This document shows, piece by piece, positions 1-12,237 of a DNA stretch of 64,000 nucleotides (positions are counted from its first letter, which is position 1; each line of letters starts with the position of its first letter). The stretch is from positions 17,540,087 through 17,604,086 of the forward strand of contig CM119266.1 in assembly GCA_051294375.1 (NCBI GenBank), in the 5' to 3' direction. Origin of the DNA: Paraspadella gotoi (lineage: Eukaryota > Animalia > Chaetognatha). Under the pieces are notes generated by a model. It was not told the origin of the DNA. It was given only the letters and a program-made list of their open reading frames with translations, and did no database searches. The position numbers and the translations under genes were made by a program.

Positions 1-354
1 CGCCGCTCCGCCCTCGGCGGCGCTCCTGCCGGCCGACGATCCAACACCGCTTCCGCTCAAGGGCGCCAACGCGGCGTTAACGGCGCCGCTGCCGGCCGAA
101 CCCGTCGCCGGCGCGGTGCCGGAAACCCTCGATCCGGCGACCGACCCAAAGTTAGCGCTGCCGATCTCGACCGTCAGCTGGAAGACTACGCCGCCGGCGG
201 CGACGGACAAAGCAAAACCGGCGGAGCGGCAGCAGCAACCGCGGGGAAACCCGGGCGGCGACGCGGCGGTGGAAGAGGAAAGAAGGAAGAGATCAGCGCC
301 GCTGATTTGGACAAACAGTTGGACAACTACATCAATAGGATGGAGACGGAGTGA
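1..354 (+). CDS. ALYREF: 3' end of an ALYREF/THOC4-like (possibly CHTOP-like) mRNA export adaptor, 5'-truncated by the window edge
   Basis: Frame 1 is open from base 1 to TGA at 352-354 and is absent from the ORF track (no ATG). It reads ...RSGDRPKVSAADLDRQLEDYAAGG...RRRGGGRGKKEEISAADLDKQLDNYINRMETE*. The R/G-rich linker and SAxxLDxQLDxY motif match the ALYREF C-terminus (human [20 protein letters not shown]). The RRM is outside the window. Confidence 0.7.
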   Translation, partial: RRSALGGAPAGRRSNTASAQGRQRGVNGAAAGRTRRRRGAGNPRSGDRPKVSAADLDRQLEDYAAGGDGQSKTGGAAAATAGKPGRRRGGGRGKKEEISAADLDKQLDNYINRMETE

Positions 355-511
355 CCTACTACATCAACCGAACTATCTACATCAGGAGGGCTGAGTGACG
401 AATTTGATAAAAACTTTTTTTCTCGTTGCTACAACTGTTATTTGTTACTGCGTCCCACCAATCTGTCTCTTTCTCTCCTCTCTCCCCCCTCTCCCATTTC
501 AGTGTTTCTCG

Positions 512-585
512 GCCTCTATCCTTCCTTCTATCCCTCCTTCTATCCCTCCTTCTATCCCTCCTTCTATCCCTCCTTCTATCCCTCT
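512..585. repeat. 12-bp tandem repeat (CCTCCTTCTATC) in the probable 3' UTR
   Basis: About 6 near-perfect copies seen directly; explains several spurious ORFs at 377-710. Confidence 0.9.
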
Positions 586-3159
586 TTCTTCTCCTCTCAC
601 TTTTCCTTTCTCTCTCTCTTTCCCTCCTTCTCTCCCTTTCCTCAGTAATTCCTGATGACGTCAAGTATTCTAGTTTCAATATTCCAACTATGTATTTCGT
701 TGTTTGTTAACATGTTGTTAATCAGATATAATCCACTTTTCTCAATGTTTCATCGACACAAAAATTTTGTTAATAAATTCTTTTTTATATACTTCATAAA
801 TTCTTTTTAAGCCAGTTTTCATTCATTCAGGCAGTCTTAAGCTTAATTAAGTTACCTCATATTATCAAATTTATTATTTATTATTATTATTTAATGTAAT
901 TTTCGTGATACTTCATGATAATTCCATGTCACGGTGTCACAGTAAAGGAACGATTGTAAAGATTATATGATAAAGACAACCAAAAAGTCCCCCCAAAAGA
1001 ATATTAAACATAAATTTGAAATTTCTTTTATTTCGTTCGAAAAGATTCGGAAGTTTTGAATAGGTTTATTTTTATGTCGCAGTTAAATAGTTTTTGTTTT
1101 TGTTCTTGTTTAGTCTTGTTTGTTTAATCTAATGGGCCCTTTTTTATTTTTTTTTTTGTTTCGTCTTTTTTGTCTTAATTTGTTATGACGGAAAACCCAA
1201 TCTAAATATAAACTAAAAGAAAACAAAAAAAACTATTTTTTTGAAAAGTAAAGAAATGGAAATAAAAAAATAGATTTATTGGCGAAACAAAATTCGATTG
1301 TGAAAAACGAATTGAGATTAGTTAATGGCATGGGAATCCTTTTTAAGGGGAGATATGTGACGGCATTGTTGACATCCGAACTATTTAATTAGAAGAATGT
1401 AGAATAGAGATCGAGAGAGAGCGAGAAACAAAGTGTGAGAGAGAGGGAAAGAGAGCGAGAGAGTTTGAGGCCGAAATGATTGACATAAATTAAGTTGAAA
1501 TTTGCCCGAGAATTTTTCCACAGCTGGAAAATCAAAGACTTTTAGGAAATAATCGACGACTTCAAAGAAAGAAATCGAAATTTGAGTTGATTTCTTAAAC
1601 GCAAATACTTTTCTTAACTTAAAATTTAGAGTTTAACTCATTCTTTCACTCTTTCTCTTTTTGTATCTTTTCTTTCTTACTAGTTTCTTCTCTTTCTCTC
1701 TCTTTCTTTCCTTCCCTTACTCTTTTTCTCTTTCTATCTTTCTATCCTTTTGCATTCTCTCTTTTTTACACACTCTCTTTACTTTGTGCTCTATGATGTA
1801 ATATTTATTTTCAACGTTTTTAGTTTAATTTGTTTTATACTTCACCCTCTCCCTTTTTTGCGCCTTTAGTCAAGACACTGGGATCGTCAAACATTTTTTT
1901 GTATCGACTATGTTTAAACAAGAGAGAGAGTAAGACAGAGAGAGAGGGTGGTGTTCGGCCAATATCACGTAAAGTGAATGTGTGGGTGTGTTTAGGAGGG
2001 AAAAAATAAATAAGGAAGCTACAGGAAAAAGAGAAAGAGAGAGAGAGAGAGACAACACCAAAAAAAACATCGGGAAAAGATTTTTTTTCTTTGAACTCAC
2101 GAGAAATATTTGCGGAGGAAAAAAGTAAATAAATATAAAGTTAATATATTTAAAAATTAATTAATCCTATACTCATTTTACCAATTTAAAATTTGAAACT
2201 TTCTAGGTCTCTTTCCTACTCACTCTTTCAGTTCAATTCTTAATTTTTTCTTTCCTTCTTTTTTTTTCTTCAGAGAGAGAGAGAGAAAGAGAGAGAGAGA
2301 AAGAGAGAGGGAGAGACCAAAATCGCTTCGCCACAAAAAAGGTAAAATCTAATTCGTAATTGGTTTACGATAAAAAGAAAAAATTTCGATTTTAGCTGTA
2401 TTTTTTTTTCTTTCCCATTTTAATCTTAAACATCTGCTAATGTTTACTTTCTTTTTTTCACATTTGTTATTATTTCTCTCTTTTTTTTATTTGGTTTCTT
2501 TTTGAACGTGTTTAACTGTTTATACTTTAAACGCCATATTAACGTCAGAGAAGGAACAAAAATAGGGTGTACAGTGGACACTGTTTACTTTCTTTTCAAA
2601 AATTAAAGAAGGAATAACGTTACAAAGGAAGAGTTTAAGACGAATGTCTGTACTTTTAGTTCCCTTTGAAATAATGATTGAGGAAATATAGTCGTACCGA
2701 GAAAAAACAATAAGAAAAAAATTTAATTTTGCTAGATTTTAAGTGACAAAATAGATTATACGACGTTCATTAAAATATTTACTTTAAATAAATTCTGCTA
2801 CTAGTACAGCAAATACAATACGCTAAACGATCTCTAAAAATATCTTACATTCTTCTCCCAACTATTGTTTCCTATTCCTGATTCTGTCTCGTTTGAATTT
2901 TCGTTAGTTAAATAGGAGTTTCGATCGACCAATCAGAAATCTTTTCCCCGCGAGTTTTATCCTTTATTATTTCAGTTGAAAAAATTTCTAAAGAAAACGC
3001 AAAATGAATTAAAATAATACTAATTGATAAACAGTGATGGATTATCAAGTAATAAATATCACTACAATGAAAAGATAGTACAATAATAGGTAAGGGCAGC
3101 TTCAAAACCGGTAACGCCACCGCCACCACCGTCGCCGGCGCTGCAGAGCCGCCCTCCTT

Positions 3160-6010
3160 TTATTTCCCCTTCTTCTTTCCCGGCGCAGCTTTGCCGCTGC
3201 CGGTTTTGCTTCCGCCCTTTCCTCCTTTTCCCCCTTCGTCGTCCGGCGCTTCGGACGGAGTCGCCGACGCGAGATCCGGTGCGTCGAGGGATGTCGCCGG
3301 AACGTCTGTGTTAGGGGGAGAGGCGGAAGAAAATCGATTTAAGTAAATTAAAATCAATTCAAATCAGTCAATCGAATGAAAACAATCGATCAAACAGATC
3401 AGTTAATCAAATCAAAACAAATTAAGTCAAATCTGATCATAACCAATAACCAAATAACCAAATCAGTTAACCCAGTTAATCGAAATCAAATCAGAACAAT
3501 CAATCGAAAGAAACGAATCCAATCCTAACCCGTAGGCGGCGGCGACGCCGGCCTCACGATTCGAAACGCGTGTGTCTTTTGTTCTCCGATTTTGGATCCG
3601 TCGATCGAAAGACGAAGATCGGATTCGATCTGTAGGAGTCGATTCAGTTTGGCCACTCGCTCCCCTCGCGCTGGAGCGCCTGGAGTCGAGTTGGAGCAGG
3701 AAAGGGAAAGAATGGGGGAGAGTTGGATGGAGCAAGTAATGTGTGGGAGTTGAGAATATCATTAAGATAGTTGATTGAACAAATGTTAATGAACGATTTA
3801 AGAAAACCGATTTAGATACAATTACGAGAGCCCGATGAATATAGACAACTTTACCCCGCAGTTATTAGTTTGATTCATATATACATGTATATCTATATTT
3901 CAGTTCGTATGTTTTAAAAGTAGTGGTTCTTTTTATACAACTTAAACAGTTTATAGAAACTTTAGATTGTCATTTTATCCCCCAAGTAATGCAAAAAAAA
4001 ATACATGTGATTCAAGCAAACCGGTAAACACTAAACAGTGTACAGTGTACACTGTACAGTGTACAGCAGTAATCAACACATCACAACTACAGTTGTCACC
4101 GATTCTGACGAAATCGACTCCAGCTCCTACAGCAAGGTCCGCAATAAAGTCGTCCGTTGTATCAGAATATCCTCCGGCGAGAATCACCTGTGCAGTGGAA
4201 TCGGGTTGTTACAAATTCGCTCTGTTTATTTCTATAAACATTCATTACTTTATTCGTTCACTTCATTCGTGTATTAATTCAGTTATTTGTTCATTAAATT
4301 AATATTTCAGTCTTGTGTATTTTTTTTTTCACTCATCATTTAATTACTCAACCGATCGTTCATTTATTCATTCATTCATTCAATTAGGCATTCAGTCGTT
4401 GACAACACCTTTGTCCCTTATCCATAAAGTAATTCATTCCTCCATCCTTTGGCCCCCTGACCTTCATTCCCGTTTCCCGAATTCTATTCGTGCAATCCAC
4501 GAATTCAGAAACGGTGCAATTCCTGTCGAAGACTGTGAAAGCCGCTCCGGTAGGGACAGTCATCTTCAGTCCCTCCTGAACCAAAAGGCGAGAAATTGGT
4601 CAAACGACAATGACTCAGAACAAAAAGTGAAAGTCCATTGATATTAAAAGTTAACCGAAGGAAGACGTAAAATGACCATCTGAGGACAAAAACTACTTGT
4701 TAAGAATTGAATTCCAAGTTAATATATGATCTTATAAAGAGAAATGATACTCGAGTATTAAAAACTTTCTAATTCTTTGGGTTCCTTGCTGCAAAGGACC
4801 CCGTAAGAAATCACGATTAGAATTATTTTGCAATTCCGTATCCGTAGTCTTAACACTATTTTTTCCTTTCCACACTATAAACTCTTCATCAAATTCTAAA
4901 AGTTGGTGTTTTTCTAATCATTTTGTTATATAATTAAGCATTGTCATAAAAGATAATAACAAATTGAGGAAAATTCTTGAAAAAATTTAAAAAATTATGA
5001 GCAGTTTTAAAATATTATAAATCTATTTATCGTAGTTCTAGTCCATAACGTAATTTTTCCCGACCACTGCAACATGCAAATAAGAATGAGAGACGTATAA
5101 TATTAATAATTACGGTATACTATCAAGCGATCACGCCGTAGGTTGTCATATCTGGAAAAGTTGGGAAACGTCGTCGTGAAAACAAGGAAGCCTCTGTGAA
5201 CTTACGACCTAATCATTTTTGTCGGGCAATTAATAAATCATTATTAAAATATTATATCTAATAGTTTAGGTTCCTTATACTTAAGGAGCCCATTTTTTAC
5301 ATTGCCGATTTTTACAGACAGAATACTATTATTTGAATTGCTTACTTGCTTACTTGCTTAATTGTTTGTATTCAATTATGTTAATATCGTTTTTGTTATT
5401 AATTTAAAAAAATAAAATAAAAAGGCAGAGACATATACTGCAAGAGCCTTTTCAATCGTATTTTTCGTGATATTTCATTGACCTCCTCTCTTTACTTTCC
5501 ACTCTCGCTTAATACTTTTCTTTTTTTCCCTCTCTCATCTCCTGTTTACTTTCTCCTTTTCCTTTGGTTGTTTAGGGCCTCCATCACTCTTTCCAGATAA
5601 TGACATTGCAGGTCCCCGCAGGCTTTCAATCAAGACTCTCTCACAGTCAATGAAGCGGAATAATTTTTCAAAGAATGTCTCAATTGTATTCGATTGTATT
5701 AGATCGGGGAATACTTATTGTACTCCGGACTAGCATCAAAATACAAGGAGCTGAATTTTATGAAATTGGTACAACCAATATAAAAATTATCTATTCATTT
5801 AATAAATAAGCTATCTCATTATTCCTCTTTCCTCTTTTCCTCTTTTCCTCTTTTCTCCCCTCTCCTTTTTCCCCTCTCCTCTCTTTTCCATTTCCCCCTC
5901 TCCTTTTCTCCTCTCCTCTCTTTTCAATTCAATAATTAAGTTTTCTTGACTCATTACTTTCTAGAGGCATTGATAGATTCAAGTCTCCGACTCTCTAATT
6001 AACATTTGAA

Positions 6011-6099
<89 letters not shown>

Positions 6100-6315
6100 T
6101 CAGTATAGTGTTGGGTCTTCTCATGGGGTGTTGAGTGAAAACGAAGCAATGAGATCCGAATCGTTCGGAGGTCGATTCCAGGCTTCTTTGTCTTGACGAC
6201 GGAGAGGATCTGTAATTATTATGAATTATAATTATATATATTATATTATAAATATAATTAACATGGTAATTATGAAAAGTGGGTGCTCGAATAGGTGGAG
6301 GAAAGAGAGAGAGAG

Positions 6316-6389
<74 letters not shown>

Positions 6390-8191
6390 CCGTTTTATTG
6401 TCCAAAAACATGAAAAATGTAGTAGATTCGATACAAGACAGGAAGTTACAATGTTATTAAAACGAAGAACAAAAAATTCCCGCTGTTAACTTCTTTACCT
6501 ATCAATCCAATCACGGATGGATAAAGTTGGAAAATCTCCGCGTATTGATCCAACATCTGAAGAAAGCAGAAAGGATTAACTGGACTCGAATCAATCTTCA
6601 TTATAAAATATCAAATCTAATCAGCGATAGTCCGACATCCAAAAATATCAAGAGCATGCCGCTAATTAACTTGTCATAAGAAGTAAAGAAAGTACGGCAC
6701 TATTTTTCGAATGTGCCTTCTTTCTGTTCCTTGTCACGAATCTTAATTTAAACTAAAATATTTAAACTTTAACTCTTTACTAAATATTTAGTCCCAATCG
6801 CTAACCCTAATTACTAACCCTAACCTAATCTCTAACTCTAATCCCTAACCCTAATCTCTAACCCTAATCCCTAAACCACATTCATAACCTTTTCCCACTT
6901 CCTTAAACTTTCATCTTTAACCAAAATTCCTAACCCTAATCCATAATCTAACCCTTAATCCTAACCCATAACATAAAAATTATGAATTCAAGTTAAAATG
7001 TGGCTCTTTAGAAAAATATGGCCTAAAATATATGTACCTATCAATAAATTTGATCATTTAATCAATCCATTCAAACCCTAGGAGCCCCCTTGACCCATCC
7101 GCACCATCCAACCTGATCCGAAGTGACCAGCTGACCATAATAGGGTTCGTATCGACTCTTGTCCCAATCGTAAGTCTCGTGCGCGGCGCAGTTGAGAAAA
7201 ATGGCCACGTCCTCACCCGGGGTAAGTCCCACGCTGGATATTGCCTCCGTCAGAAGATCGAGCCCTTGCTCCGGTCGGTCGTATTGCGGGCAGAAGCTGC
7301 CAAAGTCGTTGACGTTGCGCATGTTTCCTGCAATGTTGCATGAAATCAATACAATCAATCAATCGAATGATTAGTCGAGAAATGGTGTAATTAACCAAGC
7401 ACAAATGAAATGGGTAAGACAAACCATCAGTTAAACGGTCATTAATCAATCAAGCAATCGTTTCACAGCGCGTAATACTAAGCAATCAGTAAAATTATCC
7501 ATCTACCAATCAATAAATAAATTTATCGATTAGGCAATCAATCCTTCAAAACAATGCCAACAATCAATCTATCAATCAAAAGACCCACCAATCTAATAGC
7601 AACGGGGTTTCAATTCCAACCACTACGCACTACCCACCCTGCTGCGGGTTCGCCCTGACGGCCCTGTTCCCGAATTTGAGATTGAGCGCTTTGCAGACAA
7701 AATGATAAATGGCTACGATTTGTTTGATGCTTTGACTCAACGGAATTCCAGGTTTTGGCGCCAAAAGGAATTCTTTGACAAAGTTGAGTTTCCCCACCGC
7801 GCTTTTGCCGGACTGTAGGGGTGAGGGGGAAGAAGAAGGGAGAGAATATGGTTAGAGGGAAGGAGTTTAAAGGAAGGAGGTTGGAAGATTGAAAAAATGA
7901 ATGGAAAAATGAAAATCAATGTGAATATTGAATTCCGTTCTTTACATTTTAATATAAATACCATAATTTACTGAGCTATGGGAAAATAAGATAGCGGAAC
8001 GAGAAAAAGCTCAAGTCTCTGAGAATATTTATTTCATTTTGAGTTTTATGATGTTACAGTTGGACCCAGTTATCACCTGAATGATCGGGACCAGCGGAAT
8101 CGGCATAACGAAAGAATCGCGATCCTCTGTAGTTGTTGTTGTTGTTGTCGGCCAGAGATCGCGAATGTGGCTGAAAATAGAAAAGGGGATA

Positions 8192-8287
<96 letters not shown>

Positions 8288-10277
8288 AGTGATTCCCACC
8301 GGAAAAGCGGAACTCCTTTGATCTTTGCTCCGGCGCGACAAAGAACAGTGGAAACTGATGCAGCGATTTCAGCACCTGAACAAAATGAAAAATGATAGGA
8401 GAAGTGATAGAAGAAGAGATAAAATGTGATAATAAAATTTAGGTTACCAAATATATTATATGGTACGCAAATTTAAAATTTACAAATATGGCAACAGCCG
8501 GGTTGCCTGTGATGCCCATTGGGATGGGGCATCTCACTGTTGGCTTTGGGGGCTTCCGACCCTCAGTGACGCCTCCAGTCACTGGCGCGGTTACCCTAGG
8601 ACGGTCTCGCTTTGCCAACGCAGAGGGAAGTCGTTAGGACTGTGGATGGAACACTACGCCTGGGATGGTGTGTTCCCCCTCTGAGCCAATGGATTTGGCT
8701 GACGGATGGTGGACGTGAGGCGGTGTGAATATACCGCCACACAAAGTTCATTTCCAATTGTACACTTTTAATCAAAGCAATCAATCAAATAATTCAGATC
8801 AATAGCTCAATCAATCAAATCCAATCAATCAATCATCTTACCCGGCATGATGTGCTCCAGCGCCTCTTCCTGCTCGTAATTCGTAGCGCTGCTCTTTTTT
8901 TTCTTTCCCGATCCTTTCGCTTCTTTTCCGGCGCCGACGCCACCCGTCGTCGTCGTGGTCGTCGTCGTGGTCGCCGCGCCGCCCGTGTTGGACGGACGAC
9001 GCCCGGCGCGTTCGGCCGACCTCTTGCCGGCGCCGCCGACGGCGGAAGAACGGGCGGTGTCGCCGCCGTCTGGTTTGAGAGACAGGGGAAGGGAGGGAAG
9101 AGATGAATAGATGGATAGATGAAAAAGGATAGAAAGATAGATTGACGGACGGAAAGACAGACAAATTGAAAGACAGAAAGTCGGACAAGACAGGCAGAAA
9201 GACAGAGAGGCAAAAAGGCAACCAATTTAACGAATGAGACGACTAAAATCACAAAGTTAGGTATTTGTAATCCTCAGACCAAAAACAAAGACAGACGGAC
9301 AGGCAGACAGACAGACAAACAGACAGATAGTGAATCGCGCTGATAAAATGGCTTAAATAGCGAACCGGCAGGCAATAAGACCAACTGACTGAATTGTAGT
9401 TGAATGGTACTGTTAAAATTATCAGACAGACGAATTGATAGTAAAATGAACAGACGGACAAACGTACAAACAGACATACGGACTCACTCTTAGAGAGCGT
9501 GTCCGAGGAATGGACAGATGAGACAGCCGAGTTCGCTCTTTCCGTCTTTGACGATTCGTAGTCGGCGTCGATGCGATTCAGAATCTCCACTATCGTTTCG
9601 TCGTGGGATCTAGAAGAGGGGGTTGTGGGCAGTTGAGGGTCCATATTGTAGGGGACGGGAAGTGGAGAAGGGGTGTGGTGGGGTGATATTGCACGGGATA
9701 CGAGAACAAGGCCCATTTTTGTTTTAAATTCCTAAACTTACATAATTTGATAACAAATCTCCTACCAAATACTTAACCTTATTTCTCACCCTAATTTCAA
9801 ACCCTAAACTAATTCGTAACGCTCATCCCTAATCCATAACCGAAATCCATAACTCTGATTGTTAACTCTTATCCTTAACGGAATGTATAACAAAATTCCT
9901 GGCCTCATCCCTATTCTTAATCCGTACCACTCAATCCTAACCTAACCAAAAACTTAACTTAATTCTAAATTTGAGCTAAACTATTTCTCACTTACCTTTG
10001 ACTCGCTGGATCCTTCCCTTGCAGAGAAGGATTGAGGTGAGTTTCCAAGATGGCCACGGAGGCAGAGATGCTCCTGCAAGGGTGAGTGATTTGGAAGAGG
10101 CGAAGATGAATGTACAGACAAAGAGACTGACAGACCGAAAGACAGAGAGATGGTCATATATACATGTAGATACAGACTGAGAGAGGGAGATTAACAACCC
10201 AAAAGCAAACAGATGGAAACATAGACAAACAAACAGAATAGGGATACAGACAGAATAGCGTGCAAACCCCCGAACAC

Positions 10278-10320
<43 letters not shown>

Positions 10321-11389
10321 GCGAAAGAGACAGACAGAACTCACTTTGCTCTCCTCTTCTCCATCTCGTCTCTTTCCTCCACCATTCCGTAGTCGGGAAT
10401 ATCTCCGAATGAGACTGCGGAAGTCGTCACGTATTCTTCGTGGTTTTTGACTGATCAAGTTAAGTTATTATCTTTGTATATTAAATATATATTAAACTTA
10501 GTATTGTTCTTGTTTTGTCGATATTTCGATACTAACTTGTGCAATACAGATCCGCTTCCAAGCAGGGTTGCCCTTTGCTGTCCATAATTTCTCTCGCCGC
10601 GATCCTAAGAAGGAAATGATCCAATAAAGCAAAACAAAGACGCTTTCTTTTTTCTTTTTTTTCTTCCTCGTCTTCGCGGTTCGCCTCTTTCTTATTAAAG
10701 CTCCAAAATAGCGTTTTTTTTAAATAATAAAACTTTTAAATAATATTTTACTTATTTAAAGATAATTTGCTTATAATACTCAAGCAGAGAAACATACAGG
10801 CTTCCCCTAGAGTCGCGTCTACCCGGGTTTAATAAAAGAAAGCTGAGAAAGCATGAAAAAGGAGCAAATGTAGCAAATATTTAGTATTCATGAGTAATAA
10901 TGTATAATTGCATTCCTCACCTGGAAATGACCGGAGGGAACGCAAGGTTTTCGAAAAATTCCGCCAAATGACCGTAAACGTCTTTGGGATTTTCGAAAAA
11001 CATCGAATTTAAAACTTCCTCCATTTTCTTCGGGACTCCGTTTTCCTTTTTTTTTTAAATAAAAAAATAAGGAATAATAAAGAAGAAAATAAAATGACTT
11101 AACAGTATTTTAATTGTCCAAGCGTTGTAATCCTTCAATATGAAAGATAAGTTCAAACTTATCCTTAAAAGTAAATGTTAAGATAAAACGGTAACGCCTC
11201 TTTAAATAACTTTGAAAACCTTACCTTCTACGACGAACTCACCCGATAATATTCCGCCGCTTTTTGTTTCAAGTCGTACATTTCTCTCGTCATCCTAGCG
11301 GCAGTTTTGGGCGCAGTCGTCGTCGTCGTTGTTGTTGTCGTCGTTTCTGTTGTTGTGGTCGAAACAGGGGGAGTTGATTCGGGACCCAT
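3160..11389 (-). CDS. ENO4: Enolase 4 (enolase-like protein), 17 exons, ~700 aa; exon 13 has apparent 1-nt deletions
   Basis: Exons: 11243-11389, 10921-11045, 10537-10604, 10345-10450, 9996-10073, 9488-9609, 8842-9069, 8300-8375, 8077-8170, 7638-7812, 7113-7327, 6499-6556, 6099-6209, 4462-4575, 4100-4187, 3530-3679, 3160-3305. All are GT-AG and phase-compatible except around exon 13. ENO4-type N-terminus YDLKQKAAEYYRENGVPKKMEEVLNSMFFENPKDVYGHL and SGKSAVGKLNFVKE. Enolase motifs AREIMDSKGQP, VLCRAGAKIKGVPLFRHI, DDFIADLAVG and GAPARGERVAKLNRLLQIE. Confidence 0.93.
4777..5291 (+). mobile_element. Possible Helentron/DINE-1-like non-autonomous element in ENO4 intron 13
   Basis: Two related stem-loops about 490 bp apart, both in T-rich context: GGGTTCCTT-gctgca-AAGGACCC (4779-4801) and GGTTCCTT-atactt-AAGGAGCC (5269-5290). 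This resembles HINE termini; boundaries are uncertain. Confidence 0.4.
6014..6096. repeat. Representative (CT/AG)n microsatellite; many others, e.g. 8200-8282, 13100-13212 (ATT), 16745-16850 (ATTT), 27030-27210 (GATT), 30539-30633, 53094-53182, 55210-55630 (GTT)
   Basis: Seen directly; source of the SLSL/RERE-type ORFs. Confidence 0.95.
6696..7023. mobile_element. MITE-like element with degenerate telomere-type (TAACCC)n interior
   Basis: GGCACTATTTTTCGAATGTGCC (6696-6717) matches the reverse complement of 7002-7023 (GGCCATATTTTTCTAAAGAGCC) at 17/22. The interior at 6800-6970 is degenerate CCCTAA repeats. Confidence 0.5.
8490..8742 (+). ncRNA. Unidentified, highly structured RNA-like island in ENO4 intron 7 (ncRNA or retroelement UTR fragment)
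   Basis: GC-rich block in an AT-rich intron with about 9 compatible stems. Examples: 8490-95/8502-07, 8511-17/8527-33, 8539-44/8614-19, 8564-70/8578-84, 8621-27/8677-83, 8648-54/8670-76, 8684-89/8695-8700, 8719-26/8731-38. G-U pairs occur when read on +. Confidence 0.45.
9770..9960. repeat. Degenerate telomere-like (CCCTAA/CCTAA) intronic repeat
   Basis: ccctaatttcaaaccctaaact...cctaacctaacc seen directly; a similar tract lies on the other strand at ~19330-19400. Confidence 0.6.
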
Positions 11390-11829
11390 GATGTCTTTTG
11401 TCTTTTGTTTTTTAAATTTGTTTGTTTGTTTTTGTTTTTTTTTATTTAATTTAATTTACGGATTTTTTTTATGATTTTTTTTCTTTTTTTAAGCGGAACT
11501 GTTGTTTTTATTGAGGAGGCTTTGACTTTCTAGCTAAGAATCTATGCTTTACTTTATTGTTCATGTTGGATAAAATATAACATACATTTTTAATGCACTA
11601 AAAATTGAAAATCTCCATTAATATCATAAGGTTTGTGCTTATCATTAGCTTTTCGTCTTATACATTCGTTCAACATCTGTCTGAAAACAAAAATTGAATG
11701 AAATCGAATTTCAACTCATCAAATTCGTGTTGAATATCGTTTCCTTAGAAACGGATTTCGTCCAATCAGAGTCGTCGGTTTGGAAGGCGCGGCATTTTGA
11801 AATTGAGAGAAGAGAGAGAGCGAGCGAGA

Positions 11830-11875
<46 letters not shown>

Positions 11876-12237
11876 TTCATTCTGCTTATTAGTTTTATGA
11901 AAAAAAATACTATCCTTTCTAAAAACTTAATCCGATAATGAATTAAAAATTCAATCTGCGAATTTAGCAAATGAATCGTTGCGTAACTTGATTGACGAAT
12001 TTTCTATTTTTAGTCCTTTTTTTTATCTTCGATCAAAATCGATAGATAAAAAGATTAAAGTTCAAATTTCGTAAAATTCAAGAAATCTTCGTTTTTTTGT
12101 TGTGAAAACAAAAATTCTTCATTAAAAAAAAATTTCAATCACATTTAAACAAGAAAGTTCCTAATCAACTCTTAATTATTCCCATTAAAAAAAAGCAATA
12201 CGTATTATTTAATATATTTAATTGATAATCGCCGACG

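Noticed and set aside
116-394. ORF-track 92-aa protein
   Set aside because: Wrong frame; frame 1 (1-354) carries the recognisable ALYREF-type motifs.
8490-8742. SRP RNA, RNase P/MRP RNA, hammerhead or HDV ribozyme
   Set aside because: Only superficial matches (GCCGGG..GCCTGT, GGGAAGTC). No SRP helix 8, no P4 partner strand, no CUGANGA+GAAA core and no P3/L3 arrangement was found.
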